Part shown: piece by piece, positions 36,626 to 49,723 of the stretch
How the letters are laid out: each line of letters begins with the position of its first letter
Position numbering within the stretch: the stretch's first letter is position 1
Assembly (NCBI GenBank): GCA_003971905.1
Contig: RSEE01000004.1
Coordinates: 620,001-684,000 of the forward strand
Length of the DNA stretch: 64,000 nt
Source: Moniliella sp. 'wahieum'
Lineage: Eukaryota
Direction of reading: 5' to 3'
Position numbers and translations under genes: made by a program
The notes under the pieces: model-generated
Databases searched by the model: none
Seen by the model: the letters and a program-made list of their open reading frames with translations, nothing else
Told to the model about the DNA's origin: nothing

Positions 36626-38309
36626 TCATAGGCGAGCGGGGGCGAGCGCCTTGTTCAGGTACGGGTACAGGTCCGAGGTGAGGAACTCGGAGGGCTTGGG
36701 CAACCGTACCTGCTCCGACAGGTACTTGCGAGCCAGGTCCACGGCGTTGGGGTCGAGCTTGGTCAGCTTGGCCGCTTCCTCTGCCAAGAGCTGGTCGACA
36801 TAGGCGGGGGTGACCTTGTGTCCCTCGACGGTCGACGCGCCGTGGTACACCCAGGACCAGAGCCCGACCCGGGAAATCTCGGCCGTCGCCGCATCCTCCA
36901 TCATGTAGTTGATCGGCACACACCCATTGCCCTTGACCCAATTGGCGCAGTAGCCCAACAGCGCCGACACGTTGGCCCGCGCCCCGCCCTCGGTAATCTG
37001 CCCGGGCACCGCGGCATTGACCAAGTCCTTGGCGGTCACCGTCACCTCTTCGCGCCGGACAAAGTACTGGTTGGGACGAGCATGTGCTGGTTAAAGATTT
37101 CCAGCGCAATCTTGACCAGCGCCGGGTGGGCGACCCAGGTACCATCGTGGCCCGCCTGCACTTCGCGCAGCTTGTCGGCGCGGACCTTGTTCATGGCCAC
37201 CTCGTTGGCCTGCGGGTTGTCCTTGATGGGGATCTGGGCGGCCATGCCGCCGATCGCAGCGACGCCGCGCTTGTGGCACGTTTGGATCAGCAGGTTGACA
37301 TAGGCCTGCATAAACGGCACCGTCATCGTCACATCGGCACGGTCGGGCAAGAGCTGTTGCTTTTGGAAGCGCTGCCGCTTGATAAACGAAAAAATGTAGT
37401 CCCACCGACCACAGTTGAGTCCCGAACTGTGGTCGCGCAACTCGTAGAGAATCTCATCCATCTGGAACGCCGCTGTGATGGTCTCGATCAGTACCGTACC
37501 GCGAATCGTGCCGCGCGGGATGGCAAGGTAATCTTGCGCCACATTAAACACGTCGTTCCACAGTCGCGCTTCGAGGTGGTGCTCCATCTTGGGCAGGTAA
37601 AAGTACGGGCCATAGCCGGTCCGGACCAGCTCCTTGGCATTGTGGAAAAAGTACAGAGCAAAGTCAAACAGCCCGCCCGACACGGCCGTGCCATCAATCA
37701 CCACATTCGCCTCGTCCAGATGCCAGCCACGGGGGGGACAATCAACGTGGCCGTCTGCCCCGCCGGCTTGAGCTTGTACGCCTTGCCGTTCGGCAGGCTA
37801 AAATCAATCTGGCGAAACACAGCGTCGCGCATGTTGACTTGGCCATCCAAATTGTTGGCCCAGGTGGGCGAGTTGGAATCTTCAAAGTCGGCCATGTACG
37901 TGTACGCGCCCGAGTTGAGCGCATTGATCACCATCTTGCGGTCCACGGGGCCGGTAATCTCCACGCGCCGGTCGCGCAGCCCCGGCGCAGGTGGCGCCGC
38001 ACGCCACGTAGCGTCCTTCCGAATGTACGCCGTCTCGGGCAAAAAGTCCAGTGCCACGCCCGCGTCCAATTGAAGTTGCCGAATCTCGCGCGCCTTGAGC
38101 AACTGGTGCCGGCGTGCATTAAAGTTGCGGTGCAGAACCGCGACAAACTGGAGCGCTTCGGGCGTAAGAATCTCCTTGTGCGCGCCCTCGACGGGCCTAA
38201 CGGTGGGGTGAAGGGCGGGGGTGCGTTAGCTAGGGAACCCATCTGAGCCAAGGGCAAGAAAAGCACCCAATCAAGACGTACCAAGAACACGAACGCCTTC
38301 GAGAGCCAT
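36626..38309 (-). CDS. MLS1: Malate synthase (glyoxylate cycle), peroxisomal
   Basis: [10 protein letters not shown], intron, then [15 protein letters not shown]...[23 protein letters not shown]...MADFEDS...[12 protein letters not shown]...[10 protein letters not shown]...[11 protein letters not shown]. The C-terminal ARL is PTS1-like. About three frameshifts. Confidence 0.97.
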
Positions 38310-39202
38310 GATTGGAATCCAAAAGCGAGCAGAGAACAGGATGGGGGGGGTGAGAAACGGGCCAAGGCCCAGACGCCGCCTTTTTAACCCCCCGGCGCCA
38401 GCCGTTCACTTTCAGGTTGCGGGGGGCGAGGCTGGTGACGAGGGGGACATGGGTGTTGGGAGGGACGAGGGGCGATGGGTTAGGGTGAGCACGGCAACAC
38501 TGCCCCTATGCGGCCCGTGCAGGCATATTGATCAATCCAATCTCACATTCACATCTCTGAGATCCCGCACGCCGCACGCGCACTGCCGCCGTGCCTGGGC
38601 AGGCGCTTCGTCCGCTTGGTCCATTTCCGCTTCCTCCGCCGCGTCCATCCCCCGTCACATGCACGTCACATGCTAGTCACATGTCACCGGCTCTTGCGCG
38701 TGCCTCTCCGGCCCGGCCGGGACCAATGCCAGAGGAATATGGCGGCCGGGCGATTTACGCGAGCAAACCCCCGTTGGATTCAGCGCAGCTCGAACCCAAC
38801 CACCACTTCCATCCCATCTCCCCCCCTGTACGCTGCGGTTACACGTGACGCACTTGCGGTCGTTTCCACAAAGCCGGTCGGAATTGTTTTTCTGGGCGCG
38901 CAGGATGATAGTGGGGTTACGCGTTACGCGTTACGCCCGTTCTCAGTAGCGCAAATGGAGTGCTCTCAGTGGCGAAAGGATCACGACTGCTAACTGAGAA
39001 GCTATCGGATGCATAACTACCGACCAGCTGTCACACAGGCCCATAGACTACGGGTTGAATTTGCGTAGACACATGGTAGATTGCAAATAAGGGAGCATGG
39101 CGCAGTATCCAACTGCTAGTACAGAGAGCAGGCTCAATGGGTGGGTTGAAGAGCAAGCGAGGTGGACGTGGAACGTCGAAGATGGAGACAGCTGCAAGAG
39201 CT

Positions 39203-39538
<336 letters not shown>

Positions 39539-39810
39539 TCAGCAAGGGAAGCACAGAAGGTGCATGCAACGGTGGCTTGTGAGTGGCAACGTACTTGTTG
39601 AGGGAGAGAGAGGGAGAAGTGGGAAGACGAGAGAACGGGTGGAGGGAAAAGGTAGTGAATTGGGACGAGCTGGCCACTATATATAAACCGGATGGCCCCT
39701 TGGAGTTGGGTTGATGATTGACGCGCTGACGCGCGGAGGCTGGTACAGAGTCCTGACTGAGTCACTTGTAGACACAACCACCTGCCCTTGGGCAACGAGC
39801 ACTGCGAACA

Positions 39811-39994
39811 TGTGAACGCAGCAATTGTGAACGTGGAGAGGCATTCGCGACGAGATCCGTCAAGTGAAGTTTGAAAGTTGCTTTCTACGCACACGTTCAC
39901 AAGACCATCGGCGGATGAGGCGCTGCGTTCACAGTTCACAACCTACAGGTGGCATACGTAATCCGTTCACACCGGTGCCCCCGTCGCGTTCACA
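39811..39994. promoter_or_regulatory. Cluster of CGTTCACA motifs in the divergent H4/H3 promoter
   Basis: Six CGTTCACA/TGTGAACG copies (39811, 39826, 39894, 39926, 39964, 39987) plus GTTCACA at 39934. They lie between TATA-like elements at about 39677 and 40138. Regulatory role is inferred. Confidence 0.65.
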
Positions 39995-40222
39995 GCGCTG
40001 GCGTTCCGTCTGGTGGTGATGGATGGACAGGGGAGGGCGGCCAGCGACAAAGGCGCACCCAGCAGTGTCTTACGCTGCCCACCCTCCCTGCGGCTACACT
40101 AGCCCTCGGGTACTCAAGCCTCCGATGCTCTCAGAACTATATAAACTCAGACCCACTCCCGCTCGTCCCTTGACACCATCGCCACACCCTCCTCGCACCC
40201 CTTTTCCTTCTTCTCCTACAAC

Positions 40223-40720
40223 ATGGTGCGTCTGGTCGTCCTTTTCTCCCTCTGCATTGCCCCACCGTTGGGCGGCCCTTCCACTTGTTTCGTCTCCCTC
40301 TGACCCCTTCTCTCTAGGCCCGCACCAAGCAAACCGCCCGCAAGTCTACCGGTGGCAAGGCGCCCCGCAAGCAGCTTGCCACCAAGGCTGCCCAAGTCGG
40401 CGCCCTCGACCGGCGGCGTCAAGAAGCCCCACCGCTACCGCCCTGGTACTGTGGCTCTTCGTGAGATTCGTCGGTACCAGAAGAGCACGGAGCTGCTGAT
40501 CCGCAAGCTGCCGTTCCAGCGTCTCGTGCGTGAGATCTCGCAGGACTGGAAGACGGACCTGCGCTTCCAGTCGTCCGCTGTGATGGCGCTGCAAGAGTCG
40601 GCCGAGGCCTACCTGGTCTCTCTCTTTGAGGACACCAACCTCTGTGCCATTCACGCCAAGCGCGTCACCATCCAGCCTAAGGCATGCCTGGCTCGCCGTC
40701 TGCGTGGCGAGCGCACCTAA
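40223..40720 (+). CDS. HHT1: Histone H3 (intron 40226-40317; small apparent deletions near R26 and D123-Q125)
   Basis: ATG, intron, then [84 protein letters not shown]...[10 protein letters not shown]. Confidence 0.97.
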
Positions 40721-41224
40721 ACGTTGCCCCATGCGGGGACACGTTGTTCCGCTTTTGTATATGTACTACTGTCACTCTATGATTTGGAAGCACCTTGGGC
40801 TTGGCTGCAAATGTGTAGATGGACAGTTTTTGACGCTTGAAGCTGCGAGTATACCCTTCAGATCTTTTCTGGATAAGATCTAAGATATGAAGGGGTAATA
40901 GCAACCCGGTAGTTTGGGTTCAACGTGTTCAACCCACGCTAACGCGTAACATGTACATGTAACAGAGATGCGGCGCTCTCAGATCGCAGCTCTCTTCAAG
41001 CTTGAACTTCAAGCTTCATGTATCATGCATTCAATATTCATGGTTCAAGCCTCAGTACTCGGTACACTTGTCGGCGGCGTGCTTCACACATGGAACCTGG
41101 CACACGCGACGGATCGGCCCATGCGGAGAGAGACCTGTAACCCGGAGCCTGTATGGCATTTTTCTCGCTCCGCCAGTCGTTATCTGCACGTCAGCTATTG
41201 CCGCATAAAAGTAAGCAGCACGCA

Positions 41225-41435
41225 TGTCACAAGCCTAGCTAGCGATGCTGGCGATGGTCGATGGAGATGGCATTCAAGAGCTAAGGAGAGCTAGAGCTAT
41301 GGGCCTTGATAGGCTCCTGGCCTGGAGGCCAGTGGAAACCCGTGGAAGGGTCGGAACTCACTGCCCCGGTGCACTGTGTGGATCGGGCCACGTGTCACTG
41401 AAGGCCGATGGGCTCTAGACCACTGGTGGTCAACA
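41225..41435 (-). repeat. 3' LTR of copia element
   Basis: TGTCACAAGCC...GGTGGTCAACA; matches 46274-46485 except for two small indels. Confidence 0.97.
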
Positions 41436-44400
41436 CCCCCGCTGGCCAGAGGTCTCAGTGGCACGATGGAAGGTTGTAACGTCCTCAAGCTTGAGGCGAG
41501 GCAAGTTGGCCAGGAGTGAGACCTTAGTGGCTGGTTTGGTGAGGATGTCGGCCGGGTTCTCGTTTCCAGCAATGTGCGCGATTTTGACTTCGCCCGAGTC
41601 GACATGCTGGCGTACGTTGTGGTACCGGATGTTCAGCTCACGTAGTTTGCCCGTGCTGCCCACTTTTTCGGCCAAGGCAAGTGCCGCCATGTTGTCGCAG
41701 TACCAGTGTATGGGCTCGTCTGAGGTGATGGCACCGAGCTCCAGTAAGATGTTTTTAACGTAGTTCGCATCAATGAGGCCCTCATATCCCGCCGTATATT
41801 CGGCCGCAGCAGTGTTGGTGACGCTCTTGGGTTGACGCACGCTCCTCCAGGACACTGGAACCCCGTAGACGAAAAGCAGGCATCCCGACGTGGAACGCCA
41901 TTGGTCAGGGTCTCCAGCCAGGTCGGCATCCGTGTATAGCGCGAGAGCGGGTGCGTCAGGCTCGGGTGTTAGTCGGAGACCGTAGCCCTTGGTACCGTAG
42001 AGGTAGCGGAGGAAGTTTGTTGCCGCAGCGCGGTGGGCCTTGGAGGGATCGGCAGTTGCTCGGCTTAGAGCTGAGATGCCGAACAGCGCATCAGGGCGGC
42101 ACATGCGGGCAGCCCACAGCCCAGATCCTACTTTGGCTTGGTAGTCGCGTCTCTCGGGGGCAGTGCGGGCGGTTCGGGGTCGGTGCGCGCGGGGATCATC
42201 TTGCTGGGGTGGGGGAGGCCCATAACCAGGGGTGGCGGAACCTCATGTTTGGCAATGGATTCCTCAATGAATTTTGGCTGGCTAAGGTACAGTTTCCCGT
42301 TTATGGTGTCGTACTGGCAGCCAAGATGGTAGTGTAGGGGGCCGTTTCCCCGCACCTCGATATGGGTGTTGATCTCAGTGAGGAAGGAATCGTAGCGTGC
42401 GTGAGACGTGCAGGCGATGAGAAGATCGTCGGTGTGCACGGCAAGGAGGACCGTGTCGCCTTTACGGGGTCGGATGAACAAGCACGGCTCAGCCAGAGAT
42501 TGTACAAAACCCATGTCTCCGCGGAGCAAGTCACGGATGAATACCGCCCAGTTTGCGCCGGATTGGTGGAGGCCATATAGGCTTTTCCGGAGACGCCAGA
42601 CCTTGCCTTTTTCCTCGGGAAAGAATGGGGGTGGGCGGAGGTACACTTTTTCCGTGAGGGGAGCGTTCAAATAGGCAGAGTGCACATCAGCAGTGAAGAG
42701 GTGGAGGCCGAACTTTCCAGCAAGGGCGATAAGGCTGAGGATGGCAGGAGTGCGCACGGCAGGGGCGAATGTTTGTCCCCATGTGTCAGCATCCTGCTGG
42801 TGGCCCCCGGCAACGAGACGGGCTCGGTAGCGTAGGAAATTTCCGTCCGCGTCCGTTTTGGTGTTGATCGCCACAGACCAATCAGCAGCTGCGCGTCTGG
42901 AGGGGGCGTGACGACTTCGAATGTGCCGTAGCGGGCTAGGGTGTCGATTTCCGTGCGCATCGCCTCCAGCACTGGTTCGAAGGGGGGTGATTGGAGGCCC
43001 TTCATTGTCTTGGGTGCAACAGGTACTCCGTCCTTGGTGAGCTGGATGCGCTCGTGCGCCCTGGCTCGCTAAGGGCGATCATCGCCTTGTATTCAGGCGG
43101 ATGGAGACCGTCGCTGTACGCGGGCAGGGCAGTGTCGGGCAGTGGGAAGCGTAGGCCGATCGCAGGACTACGACTACCGTCAGGGAGGGGAACCGGAGGC
43201 AGCGCGGCAGCGTGTGCGTGGAAGTCACCATCATGAGGGTCGTCCGCTACGGGGAGCTGTGCCCAGTCAAGGTCAAAACGGCGCTGGTGGGTCCGGGGGG
43301 GTACCGTCTGGTGGTGGGGGTGGTTGGATGGGTGTCGTTTTGTCTTGCGATGGTCGCGTCAGTATCAGTGTTGATTCTCGGTGTGTTGGGATTTGCAACT
43401 TCAATTTTGTTCATTTTTTCTTCTCCCTTTTTGGTTTCAGTGTCAGTCATAGTTCTGTCAGGCAGGGGTTGAGCGGGGAAGCGAGATACGTCAGGCGGAA
43501 AGCGGTCGGGGAAAACCTCGTGGTATTGGCGCTGGGTCCACTTGTATGGTTTTGCCCATTGGGATCGGAACGTGCCCATGGACGGGTCGTACACAGCCCA
43601 GCGCCAACCCTTTGTACCTCGACCTGCGTCGTACCCGACGAGCATGGCTTCGACAGCCCGCGGACTGAGCTTATGGTCACGTTGGTCCTGGGCCAGGTGA
43701 AGGTACGCCAAGGATCCGAAGGCGTGCATTGGCAGCGGTGGGGGTGACCCCTTGTACAGCTCAGCCCGAGATTGTGTGCCCTGGCGTGGAGATGTCGGTG
43801 GCATGAGGTTGTGCGTCCAGCACCCTGCCAGCAAGGCATCCTGCCACCAGTTTGATGTCGGGAGGCCCGAGGCGATGATGAGTTGGCGCGCGCGTGTGGT
43901 GATTGCCTGGATGGCTCGCTCGGCCACCCCATTTGATTGACTTTGGCCTGGTATGGTGGTTTCCGTCGTGATACCTTCGGATTCAAGGAACGGACGGAGT
44001 GCGCTGGTGAGCTCGGGGGCATTGTCTGTCTTCAAGATGCGAAGCAGACGGTCCTTTCCGATGCGTTGCTCGGGGTGATGAGTTTTTTCAGCTCCGCCGT
44101 GGCTTGTCCTTTCGTCTTTAGGGGAACAGCGAAGGTGTAACGGCTCCAGTCATCAACCGCGACCAGGGCGTATCCATGTCCCATGCCAGTGATGCGAGGG
44201 AGGTCGACTACGTCGGCGTGCAGTACTTCGAAAGGACGTTCCGAAATGCGGCGGCCGTGGCGCGAAGGGTGGCTGGGCGCTTTGGCCAGAGCTTTTGTGC
44301 AGGTGGGACAATGCCAGAAGGGGCGGATGCGTCGGATTTGGGCAGGGCTGACGCGGAGGCTCGCTCGCGCGTTGGCGGTTAGTGTCGGGAGTAGGTCTAG

Positions 44401-46273
44401 CGCGGCGTGGTTGTACTGTTGGTGAACGTACATGACGTGCTCGATGGTGTTGGCTGCGGTGTGTTGGGTGGCGACGGCAGCTTTGGCCGCGTGTTCGTTT
44501 GTGGGTGTCGGTTTCGGGACGATGTTCAGCTTGTATGAGGAATCCGCGATTTGGTGATATTTGCCATGCTTGTCATTTAACCAGATACCTTTTCGGGGGG
44601 GGCGAACCAGGATGCGTGGCCTGCGTCACTTATTTGCGCTACGCTCGTGAGATTGCTTGCTATGCCGGGGACGTATAGACTGCCGGGTAGGTCTACATGG
44701 ATACATTTGCCGTCGGTACACTTGATACCGATGCTACATGTTCCGCGTCCACTGGCTTTAATATGTTTTCCATCAGCGATTTCGATTGAGCGGTTGCTGG
44801 GCTTGAGGGTTTTGAATACCCTGAGATCCTTCCAGATGCTAGGATCCGCGCCCGAGTCGTGACGAGACTGGATGTCCTGGTTGCCCGCGAGTTCCTATTT
44901 GTCAGATAGGGCAAGGTCCACAGACAGGGTCTCCCCTTCGGAGACGTCGTCTTCGGTGGCAATGTGCGCTCGCGCGGAGCTGTTGGGTGCCATTTGTTGT
45001 TCGAAGGAACCCCGGTGTGGCCGGACGGCTTTCTCGCAAGAGCACCCCCGCTACGGGGAGATGCACCGGCAGGAGGACCCCCGCTATGCTGCTGGGATCC
45101 CGCGCTGTCGTGTTTGCCAGCGCCCGAGTTGGCGGTCCGGGGGTGACGGCCCCGGTACGGAATTCTGTACTCTGGGTCCGCTGGGATTCTCTCCACGTCT
45201 TGCATTGTCTCCGCCAGAGTCATGTGCTCTAGGCGGCGACGGTCACCAGGGTCGCGGAGGGCCCCGACGAGGATACGGCGGAATTGCTCGTCCGACATCG
45301 GTGTGGTTGCGCTGATCCGGTTGCGGAGCGTCCCCATTTCAGATAGGAACTCGCTCCCGCTGCGCCGGTTTTGGTAGCAGTGGTGAAAGCGACTGGACAA
45401 TTCATGATACGTCTTGCAGTCGACCGTACCGTATTTGTTTCGCAGGGCACGGAGCAAGTCAGCTGACGTGTCAACGTTGTCCTGTGCAATAATGGCAGAT
45501 TGAACGTCGTTCGGGAGGTGGGACCACAGAAGGTTCTGGAGGCGTAGATCGAGGGACGAGTCGTAGTGTGGTGACGATGGACCGGAGCGAACGATGTCCT
45601 TCGCGGCGGGTGGATGCGGTCCAGGATGTTGAGGATGGAGGGCTCCCAGAGCACATATTCGGTGGGGTCGCGGAAGGCGTCCTTGCGCGTCGCGTTGGTA
45701 CGCTCGATCTCTTTTGACGCGCGTTTCTCAGCGTGGCGAAGCTCGGCCATGTCCTCACTCGCGGATGCAAGGGCCTCACGGGTGTTTTGCGGCTTCGTGA
45801 ATTCAACGGCCAATACATATTTCTCCAACGCGAGGGTGAGCGTGTAGATCCAATTTTCCTTTCCGCCCGGTGTTTTCTTGCTCTTCGGTCCATACGCCGC
45901 CGTGTGTGCATCCGTAGCGAACGAGCGGCATGTGGAGCGGAGATTGTCAGCGCTGGTGGGCTTGAACGCGCGGGTGCTTGCGAGGAGGTTGTCTCTGACG
46001 TCGGTGAGGGCCTGTTGCCAGGTCGGGTCGGAGACAGGGGTGGTGGTCGGTTCGTCGATGTCCTGCGCCTCTTCGATGACAGAGACTTCGGGAGGAGGGG
46101 TGTTTTCTTCCAGTTCGGGGGGCATGGTGGCTGATTTTTCCTTTGTTTTTTTTTTGAATTGGTTGGTGTGTGGTGCCGATGGTGGCGTTGGGGTGGTGGT
46201 GGTGACGGTGGGCGCCGATGGTGGTGCTGAGTATTGATCCTTTGCGCCAGTGGGGTGCTTCAGATTGTAGCTC

Positions 46274-46485
46274 TGTCACAGCCTAGCTAGCGATGCTGGC
46301 GATGGTCGATGGAGATGGCATTCAAGAGCTAAGGAGAGCTAGAGCTATGGGCCTTGATAGGCTCCTGGCCTGGAGGCCAGTGGAAACCCGTGGAAGGGTC
46401 GGAACTCACTGCCCCGGTGCACTGTGTGGATCGGGCCACGTGTCACTGAAGGCCGATGGGCTCTCTAGACCACTGGTGGTCAACA
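46274..46485 (-). repeat. 5' LTR of copia element
   Basis: TGTCACAGCC...GGTGGTCAACA followed by TSD ACGCA. Confidence 0.97.
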
Positions 46486-47099
46486 ACGCATCAGGCATGG
46501 CAAACGTTGAGCACGACCAACTGAGATTTTGGGCACGACTGTATGAACACTCCCGCAGCGGCCATAGGCCGTATTCCTTACCAGTCGGCCGGCACAGCTG
46601 GTAACTAGGTAACTCCAAGCCGTGTTCATCAATCATCGCGTCAGACTTCTCAGGCTTCACGCGCACGCTTCACGTGTCACATGTCACGACGTGAGGCAAA
46701 CGCGTAATAGTACCACGCGCGCGACGCGAACGATGCAAGAATGAAATATTGCCCAAAACCTCATACGCAACCGTGCAAATGGTTCGGGTGGGGTCAGCTG
46801 GCCCAAACACCGCCACGTCTCAATTCTCAATTCCCTGCCCTTCTATCAGAAGACCGCGAAAGCGCCACCAGCACCCATAGACGACCCTTACGTGGGTATC
46901 TACTGCTCATGCCAACGGTACCCATAACAGCACTAGTTACCTAGTTACCCAAAGACGAGACGAGGCCCGGTTCCGATTAGCCACCATCCGGAGAATTTAC
47001 ACACTAATAACATAGAGTTCATGAAGCATGTGTTCGAGGTGCTAGAGTACAAAAAGTGCTGGAGGATATCGCCAGAGGAAACGGATCCAAATGAGACGC

Positions 47100-47588
47100 T
47101 TAGACCTCCTGCGATGCCTTCTTGCTCTTGCCCGACTTGGCGGGCAACAGCTCGGGGTTGATGTGGGGAAGAACACCACCCTGGGAGATGGTAACACCAC
47201 CCAGAAGCTTGTTGAGCTCCTCGTCGTTGCGGATGGCCAGCTGGAGGTGACGAGGCACGATCTGAAGTCACGAGGCCTGGTCAGCAAATGGACATGGAAG
47301 AAAGCACAACAGGCACAAGAAGGAAATACGCACACGACTCTTCTTGTTGTCACGCGCGGCGTTGCCAGCCAACTCGAGGATTTCGGCAGTCAAATACTCG
47401 AGCACGGCAGCCAAGTAGACGGGCGCACCAGCACCGACACGCTGGGCATAGTTGCCCTTGCGAAGCAGACGGTGGATACGGCCCACAGGGAACTGCAGGC
47501 CAGCCTTGGCCGAACGCGAGGTCGCCTTGGAGCCAGCCGCGCCACCGGCCTTGCCACCCGACTTGCCACCAGACTTGCCGCCAGACAT
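47100..47588 (-). CDS. HTA1: Histone H2A (one intron; C-terminal SQEV, H2A.X-type motif)
   Basis: MSGGKSGGK...[42 protein letters not shown]...NKKSR, intron, [21 protein letters not shown]...KASQEV. Confidence 0.98.
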
Positions 47589-48063
47589 AGTTGAAGAGAA
47601 AGTTGTTGAGGAGAGGTGGGGGGTGAGAAGGTTGGGAAGAGAGGTGGGGGTGAACCCGATGAGAGCCCTTGGGACTGACGGTTTTATACTGGTTGCGCGA
47701 ATGGTAGGATGAGACACCAACAACCTCGCTGGTGACTGGTGACTGGACCCGTGACTGGCAGGTGGCAGTGCGCAGAGCGGAGGATGCTACAGGTCGTACC
47801 CGTTATCCTGCCTTGCCCGGCCGAGGGCACGCAGGCCTACCGGCTTACCACCAAGGCCACCCTCCGTCGCTGGTCGCAGCCTGACTGGCGCAGCGGCGCT
47901 GCCGGCTTGGAGGAGTGGAACGAAGGGGCCGTGGCCAGAGACTGCGGTGGTGCGGAGACACTTGAAGTTTTGGTGCGCACTAATATTACTCGCAACGTGA
48001 CGCGTGAAGGTTGAAGTACAACTTATGTGGACGTGTCTCCAGCCACGCTGCGGCAACACACCG

Positions 48064-48223
48064 CGTTCACACGTTCACATCCGCAGGCGGCGCTCTGCCC
48101 CAAACGCGTCGCTTGGTGAATCTGTCTCACGCCTCTGTCTGGCGTGTCGCGTTGGAGGGCATTCGACTGGGTAGGCCGTCGCGTTCTGCAACGCTGGCAT
48201 CGACGCGCGTTCACATGTTCACA
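48064..48223. promoter_or_regulatory. CGTTCACA motif cluster in the divergent H2A/H2B promoter
   Basis: CGTTCACA at 48064, 48072 and 48208 and GTTCACA at 48217; TATAAAA at about 48282. Regulatory role is inferred. Confidence 0.65.
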
Positions 48224-48377
48224 TCACATGGCCTCCTCAGTGTCTGTTGTGCCAGATCAGCTACCTCTGCCTCAGCTTTTGTATAAAACCTTCACCCGGT
48301 GCGCCTCGTGCTCTGTGCAACACACCCACCCTTCCCTCGTCCTTGTCAAGCCCACCTCGTCCTCACTTCGTTTCACT

Positions 48378-48884
<507 letters not shown>

Positions 48885-49723
48885 CCTGCTCCCGGTTCTG
48901 ACGGGCTGGCTGGGGTGATTGTAGTGATACGTGTACCATTATTGATGCTTGGCATTGTGTCCATTTGTCTCGTTTTCCCTTGAGCGTGGTAGGCAGCGGG
49001 AGCGGCTGAGCGACAATAACCCCTCGCATGTTGGGGGTCGCGCCCACCTGGGGTCGGATAGACAGGCGATGTCCCACCAGTTGGACCTGAGGGACTTACC
49101 TAGTCGGCCCAATAAAGGGAATGGCCTGGTGGACAAGTGGTACTTTGTCTCTGGCCTGTCAACACGAGCGACAGATGCAAGGGCGCGAACACAAAGGGCT
49201 CTGATAGGGTTTTGGGCCCTGGCTGGAGAGGATAAGGTGTGGCGCGTGATGCGCCTGAGGCTGCGCAGAGGTAGGAGGGTAGGGAGGGATGGGCAGGCTG
49301 CTCTAAGGGTTCTTGACCAAAGACCAACCTCAGGGGCGTTCGGCAGAGGGGCTCCCCCTTCAAGCAGCACGCGGCGCGAGGCGAGTGTGCGTTGCTCTGG
49401 TTGGGGCAACGCGCACACCGGCACGGCGCCTGTTGGGCGGGTGGTCACGTGGTTGGACGGGTGATAGGTGGGTGAGCGCAGCGGCTGAGCAGCGCTGTTG
49501 GGCGAGGCGCCACGATGGGCGACGGGCGGCGATCCCAAGTGCTCCCACCACCGCCGTTCCTTTCACCTCCCGCCGGCGCTTTCTGCCACTGCGCCCCGCC
49601 AGTGCCAGCGCCAGCGCCATCGCTCCCGCCGCCCCTCCTTCTCGCCTGGTCGGGAGCCCTCGCACGCTTCCCCTCGCCCGCGTCTCTCTCTGTCCTCTTT
49701 GCCCCCACCAGCCCCTCCTCGCC

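Larger units (their letters stand above)
41225..46485 (-). mobile_element. Full-length Ty1/copia LTR retrotransposon
   Basis: TG..CA LTRs at 41225-41435 and 46274-46485. 5-bp TSD ACGCA (41220-41224, 46486-46490). G-rich PPT-like tract next to the 3' LTR. Minus-strand order is gag (46125-), protease DSGA (about 44850), integrase (CPTC, LHADVV, KTDNA, QSNGVAER), RT (YRARLVAGG, KSLYGLHQS, VHTDD), RNase H (YTDAD, CDNMAA, NPADILTK). Confidence 0.98.

Noticed and set aside
38195..38242. ATG at 38242 as the malate synthase start
   Set aside because: It lies inside an intron (GTACGT donor at about 38281, GCTAAC branch site, TAG acceptor); the upstream exon [10 protein letters not shown] fits better.
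44830..45460. Programmed gag-pol frameshifting in the copia element
   Set aside because: Cannot be distinguished from the background indel errors seen throughout the window.
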